DNA of 40,302 nucleotides, from the IMG/VR virus record IMGVR_UViG_3300045988_096387, positions 1 through 40,302 of that record, one strand, 5' to 3'. The translations under genes and the position numbers were made by a program. Under the pieces are notes generated by a model that was not told the origin of the DNA, did not search any database, and was given only the letters and a program-made list of their open reading frames with translations. Positions 40,216 to 40,302 of this stretch are shown piece after piece. The stretch is from a virus. Positions within the stretch are counted from its first letter, which is position 1; the number at the start of each line of letters is the position of its first letter.

Positions 40216-40302
40216 AGAAATCCTCCTTATACAAAAAAGCATGGGGCTATTGCCCTGGAAATGTTGGCGTAGCTACCGGTGGCGCTGCCGTCGGTGTTGA
40301 CA
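40184..40302 (+). repeat. Terminal direct repeat, copy 2 (identical to 1..119); assembly-closure overlap or terminal redundancy
   Basis: Same 119 nt as the window start. It cuts through coding sequence (start of the 45-codon ORF and the 3' end of gene 44..886). Confidence 0.95.

Noticed and set aside
40022-40234. 70-aa minus-strand track ORF spanning the hairpin region.
   Set aside because: It lies in a different frame from the RBS-supported 45-codon ORF. It runs through the CCGGAGG/CCTCCGG hairpin and has a basic low-complexity translation.

Overview
The window is one complete temperate phage genome of about 40.2 kb, captured as a closed circle. Bases 1-119 recur exactly at 40184-40302, so the unique length is 40183 bp. 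By eye it is high-GC with Gram-positive (Clostridia-like) signals: GGAGG-type RBSs and many ATGA/TGATG start-stop overlaps.

The minus strand carries the late operon, which must be read across the wrap (12180 down to 44, then 40215 down to 31351). In order it encodes:
- four small unknown proteins
- scaffold
- major capsid with a C-terminal Ig-like domain
- large terminase
- a 615-aa structural protein
- portal
- a coiled-coil tail fibre
- three tandem paralogous receptor-binding-like proteins plus a 45-codon remnant-like ORF
- a 106-aa unknown
- holin
- a two-domain endolysin
- a 660-aa and a 1604-aa virion/ejection-type protein

I recognise no tail tube, sheath, tape-measure chaperone, small terminase, DNA polymerase, helicase or primase. 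A short-tailed, host-replisome-dependent phage is therefore inferred, not proven.

The plus strand carries the early region (13955 to 29903), which encodes:
- a J-domain protein
- a Cro-like switch gene
- a PD-(D/E)xK exonuclease, an annealing-protein candidate and SSB
- a G39P-like loader
- RusA
- a C5-methyltransferase-like protein with a DUF6378-like partner
- two Lar-like proteins
- many small Cys-rich proteins
- two small HTH regulators at the operon end

This region is interrupted by minus-strand units: an RHH + VRR-NUC cassette, a lysogeny module (integrase, membrane-anchored XRE protein, CI-like repressor) and a lipoprotein moron. A terminator-bounded three-gene plus-strand cassette (30004-31309) converges on the end of the late operon.

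Items most worth follow-up:
- a phage tRNA with perfect acceptor/D/T arms but an unpairable anticodon arm
- a ~700-bp strand-asymmetric non-coding region upstream of the late operon, holding several recurring motifs
- a ~450-bp purine-rich degenerate-repeat region next to a 197-aa protein with a RAMP-like glycine-rich loop
- the RHH + VRR-NUC cassette
- the lipoprotein moron
- the unknown three-gene cassette
- a zinc-ribbon gene interrupted by an in-frame TGA
- exact 26-bp gene-junction repeats

All family assignments rest on motif recognition by eye and from memory. No database search was possible.
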